Source: Ylistrum balloti (Eukaryota). From it: a stretch of 64,000 nt of DNA. The notes beneath the pieces are model-generated. The model saw only the letters and a program-made list of their open reading frames with translations, did no database searches and was not told the DNA's origin. Location of the stretch: the NCBI RefSeq assembly GCF_031769215.1, contig NW_026781924.1, positions 248,001-312,000 of the forward strand, written 5' to 3'. A program made the translations under genes and the position numbers. Positions 15,601 to 28,682 of this stretch are shown piece after piece; the first letter of the stretch is position 1, and each line of letters starts with the position of its first letter.

Positions 15601-18600
15601 TTGAGTGTAAGACTTCCTGATGATTGTGACTGTAGGGGAATGGCCACTGGTTTCGGCGTGTCAACCTTTACTAGGGGTTCTGGTGAAGGAGTATTGGACT
15701 GAGTGTTGGTATTCCATTTTGACATAAGATTTCCTTCCTTTAAAATAGAAATTTTGAAATTTTGATAAAATTTAAACTTCGCCATTCACAAGGTCAAGAA
15801 GATAATGAAATATGGAACAACCAACTTTGCCAGCTACAAAATAAGTACAAAATATGATATCACAGTAACTTGCAAAGGAACAAAATATTTAAGAAAAATG
15901 ATTCATCAGCCATTGAAATTTTCAATATTTTTCAAAATGAAAAGAATTATCATAAATATGTAGAGAGAACACTGTTGTAAACATATTTCTTTACTGTCCT
16001 AGTTCTTTCAGGGAACTGAAAGCCAGTACAGTTAAAAAGTTATGATTTCACATTCATAAACTTTATTCAAAAATGAAAATATTGAAAATATTACCTTGTC
16101 TTCCATTTTGCTAATTCTGCTGTTTTTAAATGTTGGTGAATTCCGAGAAGGAATGATTGACACTAGTTTAGACAATTCATCATCTTCCTCAGTCTTTTTG
16201 GAGACAGTATTTGATTGGTTTTTGCTCTCGTTACAAGATAAAGCACTAGAAGAGCCATTTTTAGATGGAGTCTGAACACATGACGTGGAGAGATTTTCTA
16301 AATTTGCGATTTGAGTAGCAGTATCTTCTTCCTCATCTGAGGATACAATCACAGTAACTGGAAAGAAAAAGTTAAACACATGACTTTTTACTATTAAAAG
16401 GATAGCCAAACTTAAAGGAACACTAAATTAATTCTATCTTGCTTTATTAAGAGTTTCAATATTTACAAAATCTTTTTATTTCCCACTTTCCTCTCATTTA
16501 AGCAATAACTTTGATTTTTTTCTATTTTTCATTTACTGATTATAATTTTTTGTCCACTGAAAAACTATAGAATAAGAATACAATAGGCAGAGCAATATAA
16601 ACCTTCCCACGCTGAAAAAATGTTCATGATTTATCATACTGAAATGCAAATATAGAAATGGTAACAAAGACTTGAGAAAGATTAACATTATGAGAACGTG
16701 ATGGGGAAGAAATTTGTCCAAATACAGTCAAATTAAAGTTACACTCAGAAAAATACAACTTAGTCATTGCGATTACCAGGTAAGTCTACAACGTTTGAAG
16801 GAGATGGGTTGGAAAATATTGGAGGCAATATCTAGACAAAAGAAAGATGACACCAGAAGGACAACCAATACCATATCATAATACATGCATAATATAGACA
16901 TATAAAACCTGGAGTATCTCAAACTAAACCTACCACATCTCTATGTAAGTAATTTTTTGAAGTACATACCTGGTTCCACATATTTTTTACTAGGTGTGAT
17001 GCGGACCATGTTGTAGGTTCGTCCTTGGTTATTTATTCTTCGTCCTCTCTGGGACACACTTCGTACACTCAGCACAGCACTCTTATATGGTTGAGACTGT
17101 CCTTGAATTTTTTTACCATAAAAGGAGTCTTTAGTCACAACACCAGTACTTTGTTCATTTTTTGATTCACTACTATCCAGCTTTTGTCGTTTCACTGGTT
17201 CCTTTTTCACATTATTTGGGAACTTTCTATTGCACCTTTCACACGAATCTGTCCTGGCACTAGTGTATCCACAAAACTTACAGTGAACCACATATTCTCC
17301 ATCATCCTAGAAGACAGCATATCAATATTAGTGACAAGAAATGGAACAACTGCAACATTGTACCGACATCATGTCTTAATTCCTTAATGTTAACATCAAA
17401 GAAATGAAGCAAAATATATATAAAAAATATAATTATTACACCATGGTTGACACGTGATCAATTCATCAACAACTGAAAAAAGAATGAACTTCTTTACCTC
17501 ATTTTGTCGTTTTACACTGGATGTATCTTCCATCTTATTTTCTCCTTGACTAGAATCGTCTACAATACAATAAAATAAATGCACTTTTAATTCATGTTTT
17601 TCCAATCCATTTCAGGATCAGGTATATGGACCATTTGAGTTTCGGGTACTGATAAATCGACATGAAAAGAGGGTAAACATCTTCCTTCTTACTCCAGGTG
17701 TGTATTTAAGATAGGAAAAGGAAAGAGTATTGGAATATAATTTTACTTGACAGAAATTAATCCATATGGGCTTATTACAGGACAAGGAAACAGCATTGGA
17801 CAACAATAAATACCAGTGGGATAAAAAACATGGTATTAAGTTCAAGAATGGAGACTAGAACAGGAAAAAAACTGTTATGAGCGACCTACTATATGATGAG
17901 GACACAACTAAGTATGTGTGAACAATGTACAGTATGATGAAGACATAACTAAGTATGTGTGAACAACGTACAGTATGATGAGGACATAACTATGTATGTG
18001 TGAACAATGTACAGTATGATGAGGACATAACTAAGTATGTGTGAACAACGTACAGTATGATGAGGACATAACTATGTATGTGTGAACAATGTACAGTATG
18101 ATGAGGACATAACTAAGTATGTGTGAACAACGTACAGTATGATGAGGACATAACTATGTATGTGTGAACAATGTACAGTATGATGAGGACATAACTAAGT
18201 ATGTGTGAACAATGTACAGTATGATGAGGACATAACTATGTGTGAACAATGTACAGTATGATGAGGACATAACTAAGTATGTGTGAACAATGTACAGTAT
18301 GATGAGGACATAACTATGTATGTGTGAACAATGTACAGTATGATGAGGACATAACTAAGTATGTGTGAACAACGTACAGTATGATGAGGACATAACTATG
18401 TGTGAACGTCGTACTGTATGATGAGGACATAAATATGTGTGAACAATGTACTGTATGATGAGGACATAACTAAGTATGTGTGAACAACGTACTGTATGAT
18501 GAGGACATAACAGTATGATGAGGACATAACTAAGTATGTGTGAACAATGTACAGTATGATGAGGACATAACTAAGTATGTGTGAACAACGTACAGTATGA

Positions 18601-21600
18601 TGAGGACATAACTAAGTATGTGTGAACAACGTACAGTATGATGAGGACATAACTAAGTATGTGTGAACAACGTACTGTATGATGAGGACATAACTAAGTA
18701 TGTGTGAACAACGTACTGTATGATGAGGACATAACTAAGTATGTGTGAACAACGTACTGTATGATGAGGACATAACTAAGTATGTGTGAACAATGTACAG
18801 TATGATGAGGACATAACTAAGTATGTGTGAACAATGTACAGTATGATGAGGACATAACTAAGTATGTGTGAACAATCTACAGTATGATGAGGACATAACT
18901 AAGTATGTGTGAACAACGTACAGTATGATGAGGACATAACTAAGTATGTGTGAACAATCTACAGTATGATGAGGACATAACTATGTGTGAACAACGTACA
19001 GTATGATGAGGACATAACTATGTGTGAACAATGTACAGTATGATGAGGACATAACTATGTGTGAACAATGTACAGTATGATGAGGACATAACTAAGTATG
19101 TGTGAACAATGTACAGTATGATGAGGACATAACTAAGTATGTGTGAACAATGTACAGTATGATGAGGACATAACTAAGTATGTGTGAACAATCTACAGTA
19201 TGATGAGGACATAACTAAGTATGTGTGAACAACGTACAGTATGATGAGGACATAACTATGTGTGAACAATGTACAGTATGATGAGGACATAACTAAGTAT
19301 GTGTGAACAATCTACAGTATGATGAGGATATAAATAAGTATGTGTGAACAATGTACAGTATGATGAGGACATAACTATGTGTGAACAATGTACAGTATGA
19401 TGAGGACATAACTAAGTATGTGTGAACAATGTACAGTATGATGAGGACATAACTATGTATGTGTGAACAATGTACAGTATGATGAGGACATAACTAAGTA
19501 TGTGTGAACAATCTACAGTATGATGAGGACATAACTATGTGTGAACAATGTACAGTATGATGAGGACATAACTAAGTATGTGTGAACAATGTACAGTATG
19601 ATGAGGACATGATGAGGACATAACTATGTATGTGTGAAATGTATGTGTGACAACTACAGTATGATGAGGACATAACATGTGTGAACAATGTACAGTATGA
19701 TAAGGACATAACTAAGTATGTGTGAACAATGTACAGTATGATGAGGACATAACTAAGTATGTGTGAACAATGTACAGTATGATGAGGACATAACTATGTG
19801 TGAACAATGTACAGTATGATGAGGACATAACTATGTGTGAACAAGTATGTGTGAACAATATGTGTACAGTATGATGAGGACATAACTAAGTATGTGTGAA
19901 CAATCTACAGTATGATGAGGACATAACTAAGTATGTGTAAGTATGTGTGAACAACTAAGTATGTGTGTACAGTATGATGAGGACATAACTAAGTATGTGT
20001 GAACAATCTAAGTATGTGTACAGTATGATGAGGACATAACTATGTGTGAACAATGTACAGTATGATGAGGACATAACTATGTGTGAACAATGTACAGTAT
20101 GATGAGGACATAACTAAGTATGTGTGAACAATCTACAGTATGATGAGGACATAACTAAGTATGTGTGAACAATCTACAGTATGATGAGGACATAACTATG
20201 TGTGAACAATGTACAGTATGATGAGGACATAACTAAGTATGTGTGAACAATGTACAGTATGATGAGGACATAACTAAGTATGTGTGAACAATGTACAGTA
20301 TGATGAGGACATAACTATGTGTGAACAATGTACAGTATGATGAGGACATAACTAAGTATGTGTGAACAACGTACAGTATGATGAGACATAACTATGTGTG
20401 AACAATGTATGATGAGGACATAACTAAGTATGTGTGAACAATGTACAGTATGATGAGGACATAACTATGTGTGAACAATGTACAGTATGATGAGGACATA
20501 ACTAAGTATGTGTGAACAATGTACAGTATGATGAGGATATAAATAAGTATGTGTGAACAATGTACAGTATGATGAGGACATAACTAAGTATGTGTGAACA
20601 ATCTACAGTATGATGAGGACATAACTATGTGTGAACAATGTACAGTATGATGAGGACATAACTAAGTATGTGTGAACTAAGTATGTGTGAACAATGTACA
20701 GTATGATGAGGACATAACTAAGTATGTGTGAACAATGTACAGTATGATGAGGACATAACTAAGTATGTGTGAACAATGTACAGTATGATGAGGACATAAC
20801 TATGTATGTGTGAACAATGTACAGTATGATGAGGACATAACTATGTGTGAACAATGTACAGTATGATGAGGACATAACTAAGTATGTGTGAACAATGTAC
20901 AGTATGATGAGGACATAACTATGTGTGAACAATGTACAGTATGATGAGGACATAACTAAGTATGTGTGAACAATCTACAGTATGATGAGGACATAACTAA
21001 GTATGTGTGAACAATCTACAGTATGATGAGGACATAACTAAGTATGTGTGAACAATCTTCTGTACTGTACTTAACCAAGTATGATCTAATTATAGACTTG
21101 AATTGAAATTATGCTCTTCAGTTTTTGTTAATAAAAAATAAGGACATCTTACCTTCAGCAGAATTTTCTGCATCACCCTCGTATCTTCCTCCCAGTGAAT
21201 GGTTTTGCATTGGATGTATTGGTGGTCTAAACAAATATGATTCATGCATATGTGAATAAATTACCACAAAGATTACAAGGAGCTCCAGTTAACTTCAAAG
21301 AAATTTCTTTTTTGATCTATCTGTATTGAATTTACTGAATTGAAATAAATGTATTTCTGTTAAACATGGCTTTGTTTGTCAATCAATCATATTCTCTGAT
21401 AAAATTATCAACTAAATAAGCAATAAGTTTACGAAAACACCACGACTATATTATAAAGTTTCACAATGATCCAATACAGTTCAGGGTTTTCCATAAGAGC
21501 CGGTCACCAGCCAATTTGACCGGCTACTTTGATCATTTGGCCGCCTACACCAATCCAGTTCCGTACACGACTACACGGCAGGCCAGCCTCCTACTTTCAC

Positions 21601-24600
21601 TACACAGCCTACTACTAACAAAATTATGGAAAACCCTGACAGTACAATATTTAAACATAAACAACATCTGTTGCTTTTATACATTACAACATATTTTTGT
21701 TATCCTACCTTCCTAGGTATTTGTCCGAAGGATAGCTTGTATGAATAAATGTCCGGCCATTGGGTAATATCACCTCATCGCTCTTTCTAAAAACAAAAGA
21801 ACATAAACCATTTCTACATACCAATTAAATCATAAACAGGTTAGTCTATTTTTGTTGCAGCTTTAGATGATAGCAAAAATTGTCAATTTTAATTTTCCAT
21901 GAAAGTGTTAAACAATATACATGTGAATCTAAGCAGAGATATTACTGGATGGCATTAAGGGGCCATTTGCCCCTCATCAATTAAATTGACCCCTCCATAT
22001 TTCTGTGTTCTTTCAATTCTACATAGAATGGCCCCTCTAAATTCCAAACATTGACTAAAATTTGCTGAAAATGACTGTTACTCTCAGCTCCCAAGATATT
22101 CCCTCATCAAAACATTTAGTAACTCATTGACAGTCGTAATATATAAAGTAACCCTAAAATGCCAATAACAAGAGAATAAAAAATGTGCAATATGTCACAA
22201 GTCTGTTCTTCTTAAAGGGGCATCAATATGAGAACATTTCTTTTGTTATTGATAGTACACATTTTATACACTTCCAGTTATGTTTCTATGCTTTCTTGTT
22301 ATTCAAAGACGATTTCCGAGGTCCATCTTCACCATTTCTTTGTTTCTGGAAACCCCTCTCTAATTTAGCACTGATAATGTCACCTGATAGTTTAGAAAAT
22401 GGGGCAGCTCATTTTGATCAAATATATACATTCCTGCAAATCGTAAAGCAAAGCCAAAAGTATTGGATGCTATTTCGGAGTTTTGATATTTTGTCCATTA
22501 ACATGGCAGTGATGTTATGTTCCAAGTCTGTAGTAAAATATCAGTAGGTATGAATGAAATGATGCATGTACATATATTTATTAAAGATCTAGAGAGAGAG
22601 AGAGGGATTCCAAGAAACTGCATTATATCTTGTATCATCAGTAAGTTGATTGCCGAGGGCTTAAGACATTCAGTATTGATATAATGGATACACTAAAACT
22701 CTATCCTACCTTGGTCTGCCCACTTTCTTTTTTGCCAACATATTAAGACCGGTGGTGTTGCCTTTAAGTACCTTCTCTCCATTACCATCTCCTGCTCCAC
22801 CACCACTCAAATGGTTAGAGTTGCCGTTATCTATACACAGCAAATTATGCAATTGAAATTAAAACAAACGAAATCATCAAGGTGTAATGTATAATACTAA
22901 TAAGTAATGAAATATGAAATAATTTTGTGGGAGAATGTGAGATAGGTTTCACTGACTGAAATCTTAATGAATGATATGAAGTATTAACGTAAATCTATAG
23001 AAAAAAAATCATAGAAGTGTATTCAAAGGGAAATTTATATATCCACTATACACTACTGCAAAATCATATATTTTTGTGGAACTAAATTTTGCAAATTTCC
23101 ATAAAATGACTACTTTGTGACACTCGATTCTGTGGATAAATATAGCTCATTAAACCTACTTATTTTACAGTTAGTGAACATATGTATTTGCAGATGAAGA
23201 GTACAGAGAAAAATCAATGTAAATAAATCTCCCATGAAAATGATTAATCTACAGTATATGTAAGAAATCCTCATTTCAAAAAAAAAAATCAACTCTTGGT
23301 AATTTTGTAATGACTGTGATTTAAAGACAAATGTTTTTTAGACAAAAAAATCAGAACACAATATTGTAAAACCCTTTCTGCAAATCATCTCAAACCAATT
23401 TATATGTTTATTGTACTTCATCCTGACCAGCTATTGGAATTTTTCAACTTTTCAAAAAACAATTTTAAAAAGTTATTTGCATTGCAAGCATTCATAGACT
23501 AAAGTCTGATTTCAGATATCAAAATGCCAGGGTAGATTGGGGATTATGACAGCATGCAAGAAATTGTAAAAGAATGTCACACCCTTCAAATTCAACAAGT
23601 GTCCATATTTTCTGAACGGATGCTTCTAATGAAACTTACCCTCTATAAAGATGTTGCCATTCCATATCATACTCTTCTGAACTCCATTGCCATGATCTAT
23701 GATGTAATTTTGACCTGCTTTTAAATTGTTAGTGATTGCAGCAGTGAGTAAGCTCGGTGGAATACCACTACTCGAATCACTGGTACCACTACTTTGTGAG
23801 GAATTTTGTGAAGCTACACCATCTTCACTGTTGACCACAATCTCATTCTGTTGACTATCGTCAGCACATACTACAGCACCAGCGTTCACATCTGGAGTTA
23901 CAGGAGAATCTGCAGCCATTGTATATGTGGGAATTTTCATTCCAAACTGCTGTTGCCCAGAATGTGACACTTGTATTACAGTCTGACCAGCCATGCTAGT
24001 CTGCTGTTTTCCAGTCTCAACATTGCATCCTTGTATCCCAGGATGTAACGGGATTTTGACAACCTTTGAAATACTTACAGGATTGACTTTTTGACCTCCA
24101 TGTGCTGCATCCTTATTTGGGGTTTTACTGCTAGTTGTTACTGTGAACCTTTGGCTACCTGTTGGCAGACTTTCGACTCGAATGATCCTGGCATCACCTG
24201 TCGACAGTAGAGCAGACTTCAGCGCCGAAGTAGACCTGTTTGAATCACTAACCACTTTTGCTGTGTTGTGAACCTGATGAACAATATTGTAAGTAGCACT
24301 AGTATTAGGTGCACTTGTGCTTATGCAGCTACTCTGGCCTACACTGGTTTTCACACTTTGAGTCACAGCGGATTCCATCTGAATAGCATAGCCATGATCC
24401 AACATGGATACCGACTCTCCATCAGAATCATTGGCAACAGTATCAGTATGGTAGAGTCCAGGATTCAAGTCCTGCAGGGATGTGATAATGCTGTTACTTC
24501 CACTAGAGGGTGTTGATGTAAGGAAAGTTCCTGTACTGGTAGTGAATGGTTGTTTAATCTTCGGAATGGTATAACCAGCAAAGGAGCCAGCAGTGGGCCC

Positions 24601-27600
24601 ACCTGTACCATGCAATAGTAAGTTTCCTGACCTGGGACTTGGCTGTGTCTGTGGGGCTACAATCTTAAAAGTTCCTTCCCCAGTACCACTGATTATTGTT
24701 TTACCTCTACCTCGTCCTCTTCCTCGACCTCTTCCACCACCTCTTGGCCTTCCTGGGCCCCTTCCTCTACCCCTTGTGGTAGTCTCCACCTGAACTACTC
24801 CTTGCCCTGCTCCAAAGCTGGAGTTTGAAGTACCTGTAAGTCGTACAATATCATGCAGTAAACTTTTTGATTGTTCTGTTTTCTGACTTATTTGGTAGAC
24901 CGTGTTTGTGTTTGGAGTTGTGCATATTTGTGAACCTCCAGAATTAGATACAATAACAATTCGGTTTTGATTTGGTGAGTAGTAAGCCTTGTGAGTTCCC
25001 TCCACTGATCCAATGTTTACACTAGTTACACTAGGCACTGGTGTGGTGTGTTCTGGAGATTGTACTGGCAAAGACGAATTTGGTATACCCGGCTCAGTAT
25101 ATACTTCAACACTTCTGGAAAAGAACAAAAAAAAATCTTCTTCATACATATCAGACTTATAAAACTAATTTCAAATTCAATATCATATTCTTTACCATCT
25201 GTCAACAATGGGCTAAACAAATTGAGAAGATTTTTTTTTTTATTCACCAGCTGAATTTTATTTGCAACTCTTGCCAAACTGACAACTTATACTCCTTGCA
25301 TGTAATCATAAATGATACATTTTGTTTCAATATTTGTTTCTGTGATGATTTCACAAAAAAAAAAATTATAAAATTTCTCAGTTGCTGGATCCTCTATATA
25401 ACTAACTAATGCTAGTATTTAATTAATGTTGCACGAAGGTTCTTAGTCTTGCAATTAATCAAAAAATGATCTATATATAATTACATTAACTGTATGTACA
25501 TGGAAACATTGGCCCTGGTTGTTTTTCCCCTTAAATTCTTTTTAAAACATACAAAAGCTTAAATATCAAACTCAAACCCATATTTTATTTTCAACCTCTG
25601 GGTAATAGGTTGAAAGACTAAAAGTTCATTCTTACTCGGTCACTGAATTCAAGTCCACAGGTATAGGGGTTGTCTCGACGGACTGTTCACTATACTGACT
25701 GACAGCTGGGTCATATTGCTGTACTTGTTCTGTAACCACGTTTCCAGGCTTTGATGTTGGCCAAATGTTGATGTCGATCACTTCTTGCGTACTGTCTGAG
25801 GGGAGGATGTTACTAAACATGTTAGCATTACTCCATCCTTGGTCTGGTTTTTGTTCCTCATTTGCAAGTTCTGTGAAAAAACATACCTCAATGATCAGAC
25901 ATCATTGGCTGTAAATTCACATCATAATAGCACATAGCTGGTAATATTGCTCTTTTAAAACCACTGAATTATGTCTTATCTCGATCAAATTTTCACAATC
26001 TGAAGGTAAGATATATAAAACACACACATATAGATCAATATAGCAGTGGGCTGTTCCTTGGAGTTTCTTTCACGATAAATGATTATTTAGATTATATATC
26101 ATAGTGATTTGTGGATTTAATTGGGAAAATTAAGGGTTAAATTGTGAGTACACAGTTATCAATTTTCAGACATAAAAATAGAGATAAAACTTAATCTTTC
26201 TTTCCATCCTGATTTGAGGGCAGAATAAGCATCAAAGAAACAGTGATTGGGAAATAACAGGTCACAGTTGGCACAATACTGTCAGATAATAAATCTGCCT
26301 CTTATGTTATTGGAGTTGGGCTCTCTTAGATATACCTCCTACTCATAAGTCCTTTATCTTTAACTTCGAGGTGACTATGACCTATGACCACCAAAATGTG
26401 ATTTGGTGAAGAACTTCATGGCTATAAGGAGTGAATATAAACTTAATTTGTCCTGTGGTTAATGATTTATCTTGTATGCGATCTGTGCACAAGTTTGATT
26501 CGTTCTAGGGTCTTGACTTAACTTATGTTGTTCCTCCTTTCTATATATGTACCAACTCTGCAGCAATTGAAAGCATTAATGCATTTTTTTATCATTATAT
26601 AGGCCTATAATACCTCCTTTTTGAGACAAATTCCTTTTTGATCCATTATTTTGGCTTCAGCAAACTGTACTGAATATCTGTATATCAATGCATACAAAAA
26701 ACACCACCACTACACTTTTGTGTAAAAGCCTTTGCAGTTGATTCAAAGCGAAAGTTTAAAGGAAAAATATGGTTGTAATTATCATCATTACCAAAGTTTG
26801 TGGATGTACCAAGCGGTTTCTGATAAAGTATGAAATATTAACAGATACATATACCCATACCCAAAATCTTCATTTCGGTAGTATTCCTATTTTTCATACA
26901 CAAGAAAGCTTGTTGAAAGCTGCCAAGATTATATCAAACCACTGTTTGTTTATTACTTTTTGCAAATGGCCAGAATCAGTGTGACTTAAGTCCATGACTG
27001 GATTTTTTTACTATATTTACCTTTTTCCAGCTTAGATCAAGCCAACTTTCTTAACAAAAAGTATCATGCAGTTAAATTCTAGATACATTATTTTTCCACA
27101 ACACTGTTTGATATTAGTATCTACAACAATTTTTTTTTAAGTTACTGTATGACTTTTTGCTACATCAGCAGTTTCAAGGTTATGTTATGTATACTAGGAT
27201 TTAATTACAATTTTTCAAGACTTTAGAGTCTGACCCAAGTCTTTGATACTAGATATTTAATGTTAATAAATGCTTGAAGTTATCTTTTCCAGCTGCGGAC
27301 AGGCTACAACAGGAAGAAGTGACTGACAATTTCCAAAGATATTACTTATCGTTTCAAATCCAAACAAAGAGTTAGCACTGTGAGATTAAAAATCCACAGA
27401 CTTCTGGCCCTCATGAATTTAGGACTCTCAACGATATAAACCAGAGTGTGGTGTGCATGTGACTACAGTTTGTTATTATTTGCACTATATTCAAAACTAG
27501 GTATAAGCATGGGTATAATCTCTGGTTGAATTTTCACGTGCAATCTGTTCACGTCACAGCAGAACTCGATTGGTTCGATTCATACTACTATATCCGAGCA

Positions 27601-27988
27601 GTAAGTCATTATTGAATAGAACTAGGCCCAAGAATCATGCAAAGAATATTTCCTAACTTTCTTACTGAAAACAAATCATACAAAGTGACAATAATGATTT
27701 AAGACAATGCAGCTCAGATGATTGACTTAACACGTTTTGCAATTAAGTTCCTGGGGATATTTTTTCTTTGCACTTAAAATGAATAGACTTTTATAATGAA
27801 TGTTAGTATACCTCACCATCAGTCAACAGAAATTTTACGACGGGTCCAGTTTCAATGACCAAAACGCATGTGGAAGGGGAATTTGTCTTTGCCAATTCCA
27901 GTATTGAGTTGACAGACTTACTGATCGCCCAGGCATTACATTGTTTGTTTCGTTATTCATATATCTACTTACCAGGGAAAAATGACAT
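6622..27988 (-). CDS. Sentrin/SUMO-specific protease, SENP6/SENP7 subfamily (peptidase C48), 21 coding exons, ~1566 aa
   Basis: Exons in transcript order, all phases consistent: 27973-27988, 25636-25870, 23640-25114, 22710-22830, 21709-21786, 21153-21226, 17498-17559, 16970-17306, 16095-16357, 15512-15737, 14590-14787, 12667-13039, 11919-12035, 10586-10702, 10171-10263, 9448-9637, 9088-9270, 8560-8639, 8087-8155, 7456-7603, 6622-6867 (sum 4701 nt). Catalytic motifs: [56 protein letters not shown] (His), PCVLIFDSL (Asp), [16 protein letters not shown] (Cys). The acidic/Thr-rich insert inside the catalytic domain is typical of SENP6/7. SENP6 vs SENP7 cannot be resolved by eye. Confidence 0.9.
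7456..7603 (-). CDS. SENP6/7-like exon carrying the catalytic Cys
   Basis: acag|G TAC CTT CAA GTG GAG TGG ... TTT GAG|gtattt; encodes YLQVEW...[23 protein letters not shown]. Confidence 0.92.
9448..9637 (-). CDS. SENP6/7-like exon carrying the catalytic His
   Basis: ttgcag|T TCC CAT TGG TTC CTG GCC ATC ATC TGT ... ATG GAG|gtatgt; joins the CA| end of exon 10171-10263 to give [16 protein letters not shown]. Confidence 0.9.
9776..10103. mobile_element. MITE-like element (ACTGTA...-type termini) in SENP intron
   Basis: ACTGTAAATGGA (9776) and TCCATTTACTGT (10092-10103) form an 11/12 inverted repeat; no coding capacity. Confidence 0.45.
11919..12035 (-). CDS. SENP6/7-like exon, start of the catalytic domain
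   Basis: ttttgtag|A TTG ATA ACA TAC CCA ... CTG AG|gtaagt; [38 protein letters not shown]. Not in the ORF track. Confidence 0.92.
17892..21057. repeat. Intronic minisatellite, 41-bp unit with 37-bp variant, about 80 copies
   Basis: Unit ACAGTATGATGAGGACATAACTAAGTATGTGTGAACAATGT; variants lack AAGT or carry caac/aatc. Lies between SENP exons 21153-21226 and 17498-17559. Confidence 0.97.
21482..21638. mobile_element. 157-bp non-autonomous DNA transposon (MITE) with perfect 15-bp TIRs
   Basis: CAGGGTTTTCCATAA at 21482-21496 and TTATGGAAAACCCTG at 21624-21638; flanks acagtt / acagta. Confidence 0.75.
23054..23256. mobile_element. Degenerate TACTG(T/C)A...TACAGTA MITE
   Basis: Imperfect short inverted termini of the same style as 9776-10103. 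Confidence 0.35.
23640..25114 (-). CDS. SENP6/7-like large low-complexity N-terminal exon (1475 nt)
   Basis: Acceptor ttccag| next to 25114, donor G|gtaagt at 23639. Ser/Thr/Gly-rich, contains [25 protein letters not shown]. Phases fit both flanking exons. Confidence 0.8.
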
Positions 27989-28040
27989 TATTTTCAACGC
28001 TTAATTCAAGAAAAACTGACGGGCGCATAGTCAACAAGGG

Positions 28041-28084
28041 CCAATCCAGCACCATTTTCTGCTAACTCGTGATGTCACTTCCGG
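28041..28084 (-). promoter_or_regulatory. Putative SENP promoter: overlapping ETS/CRE-like site plus CCAAT
   Basis: Minus strand CCGGAAGTGACATCA at 28084-28070, CCAAT at 28041-28045, CpG-rich, 50-100 nt upstream of ATG 27988. Confidence 0.55.
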
Positions 28085-28465
28085 TTATAGTGAAATACGT
28101 CGAGGCGATTAATTCTTTTTTCTAAATTAATCGATTACCTATGATTAAAAATCGAAGCTTTTACTCTAAAATTAATTCAAATAAAAATAGAGATCTAGTG
28201 TACTTGTATGCTAATTAAACATGCCTGCAATAAAAAGCCTTTTTAATAAGAGTTTCCCGCGTTGAAGGGAAATAACTCGTGTTAGATTGTTAGCTTACCC
28301 CGTCTCTGTATGAATTTAGCTCGGGGTATTTTGAAATAAGAACACATAACGCTATACATTTCAGAATTAGATCTGGTTAAATTCAAAAGATAACACCAAT
28401 TGCTTTCTTCACCTTCAGTTTCTCGTCGCCAACATTAAACAAAGATCCATCCCCCATGATGTGTA

Positions 28466-28682
28466 ACATTACCTAACATAGTATCACTGTATATAACCAC
28501 GGACCTAGATACATAACATGTTACATTACCTAACATATTAGTATCACTGTATATAACCACGGACCTAGATACATAACATGTTACATTACCTAACATATCA
28601 CTGTATATAACCACGGACCTAGATACATAACATGTTACATTACCTAACATATCAGTATCACTGTATATAACCACGGACCTAA
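28466..28682. repeat. Tandem repeat, ~4 copies, unit spacings 57/60/54 bp
   Basis: ACATTACCTAACATA..GTATCACTGTATATAACCACGGACCTAGATACATAACATGTT; copies start at 28466, 28523, 28583, 28637. Confidence 0.9.

Noticed and set aside
17892-21057. CRISPR array, box C/D snoRNA cluster or hammerhead array (unit contains ATGATGAG)
   Set aside because: No unique spacers, no CTGA D box, no CUGAUGA/GAAA core or pairing stems; eukaryotic intron.
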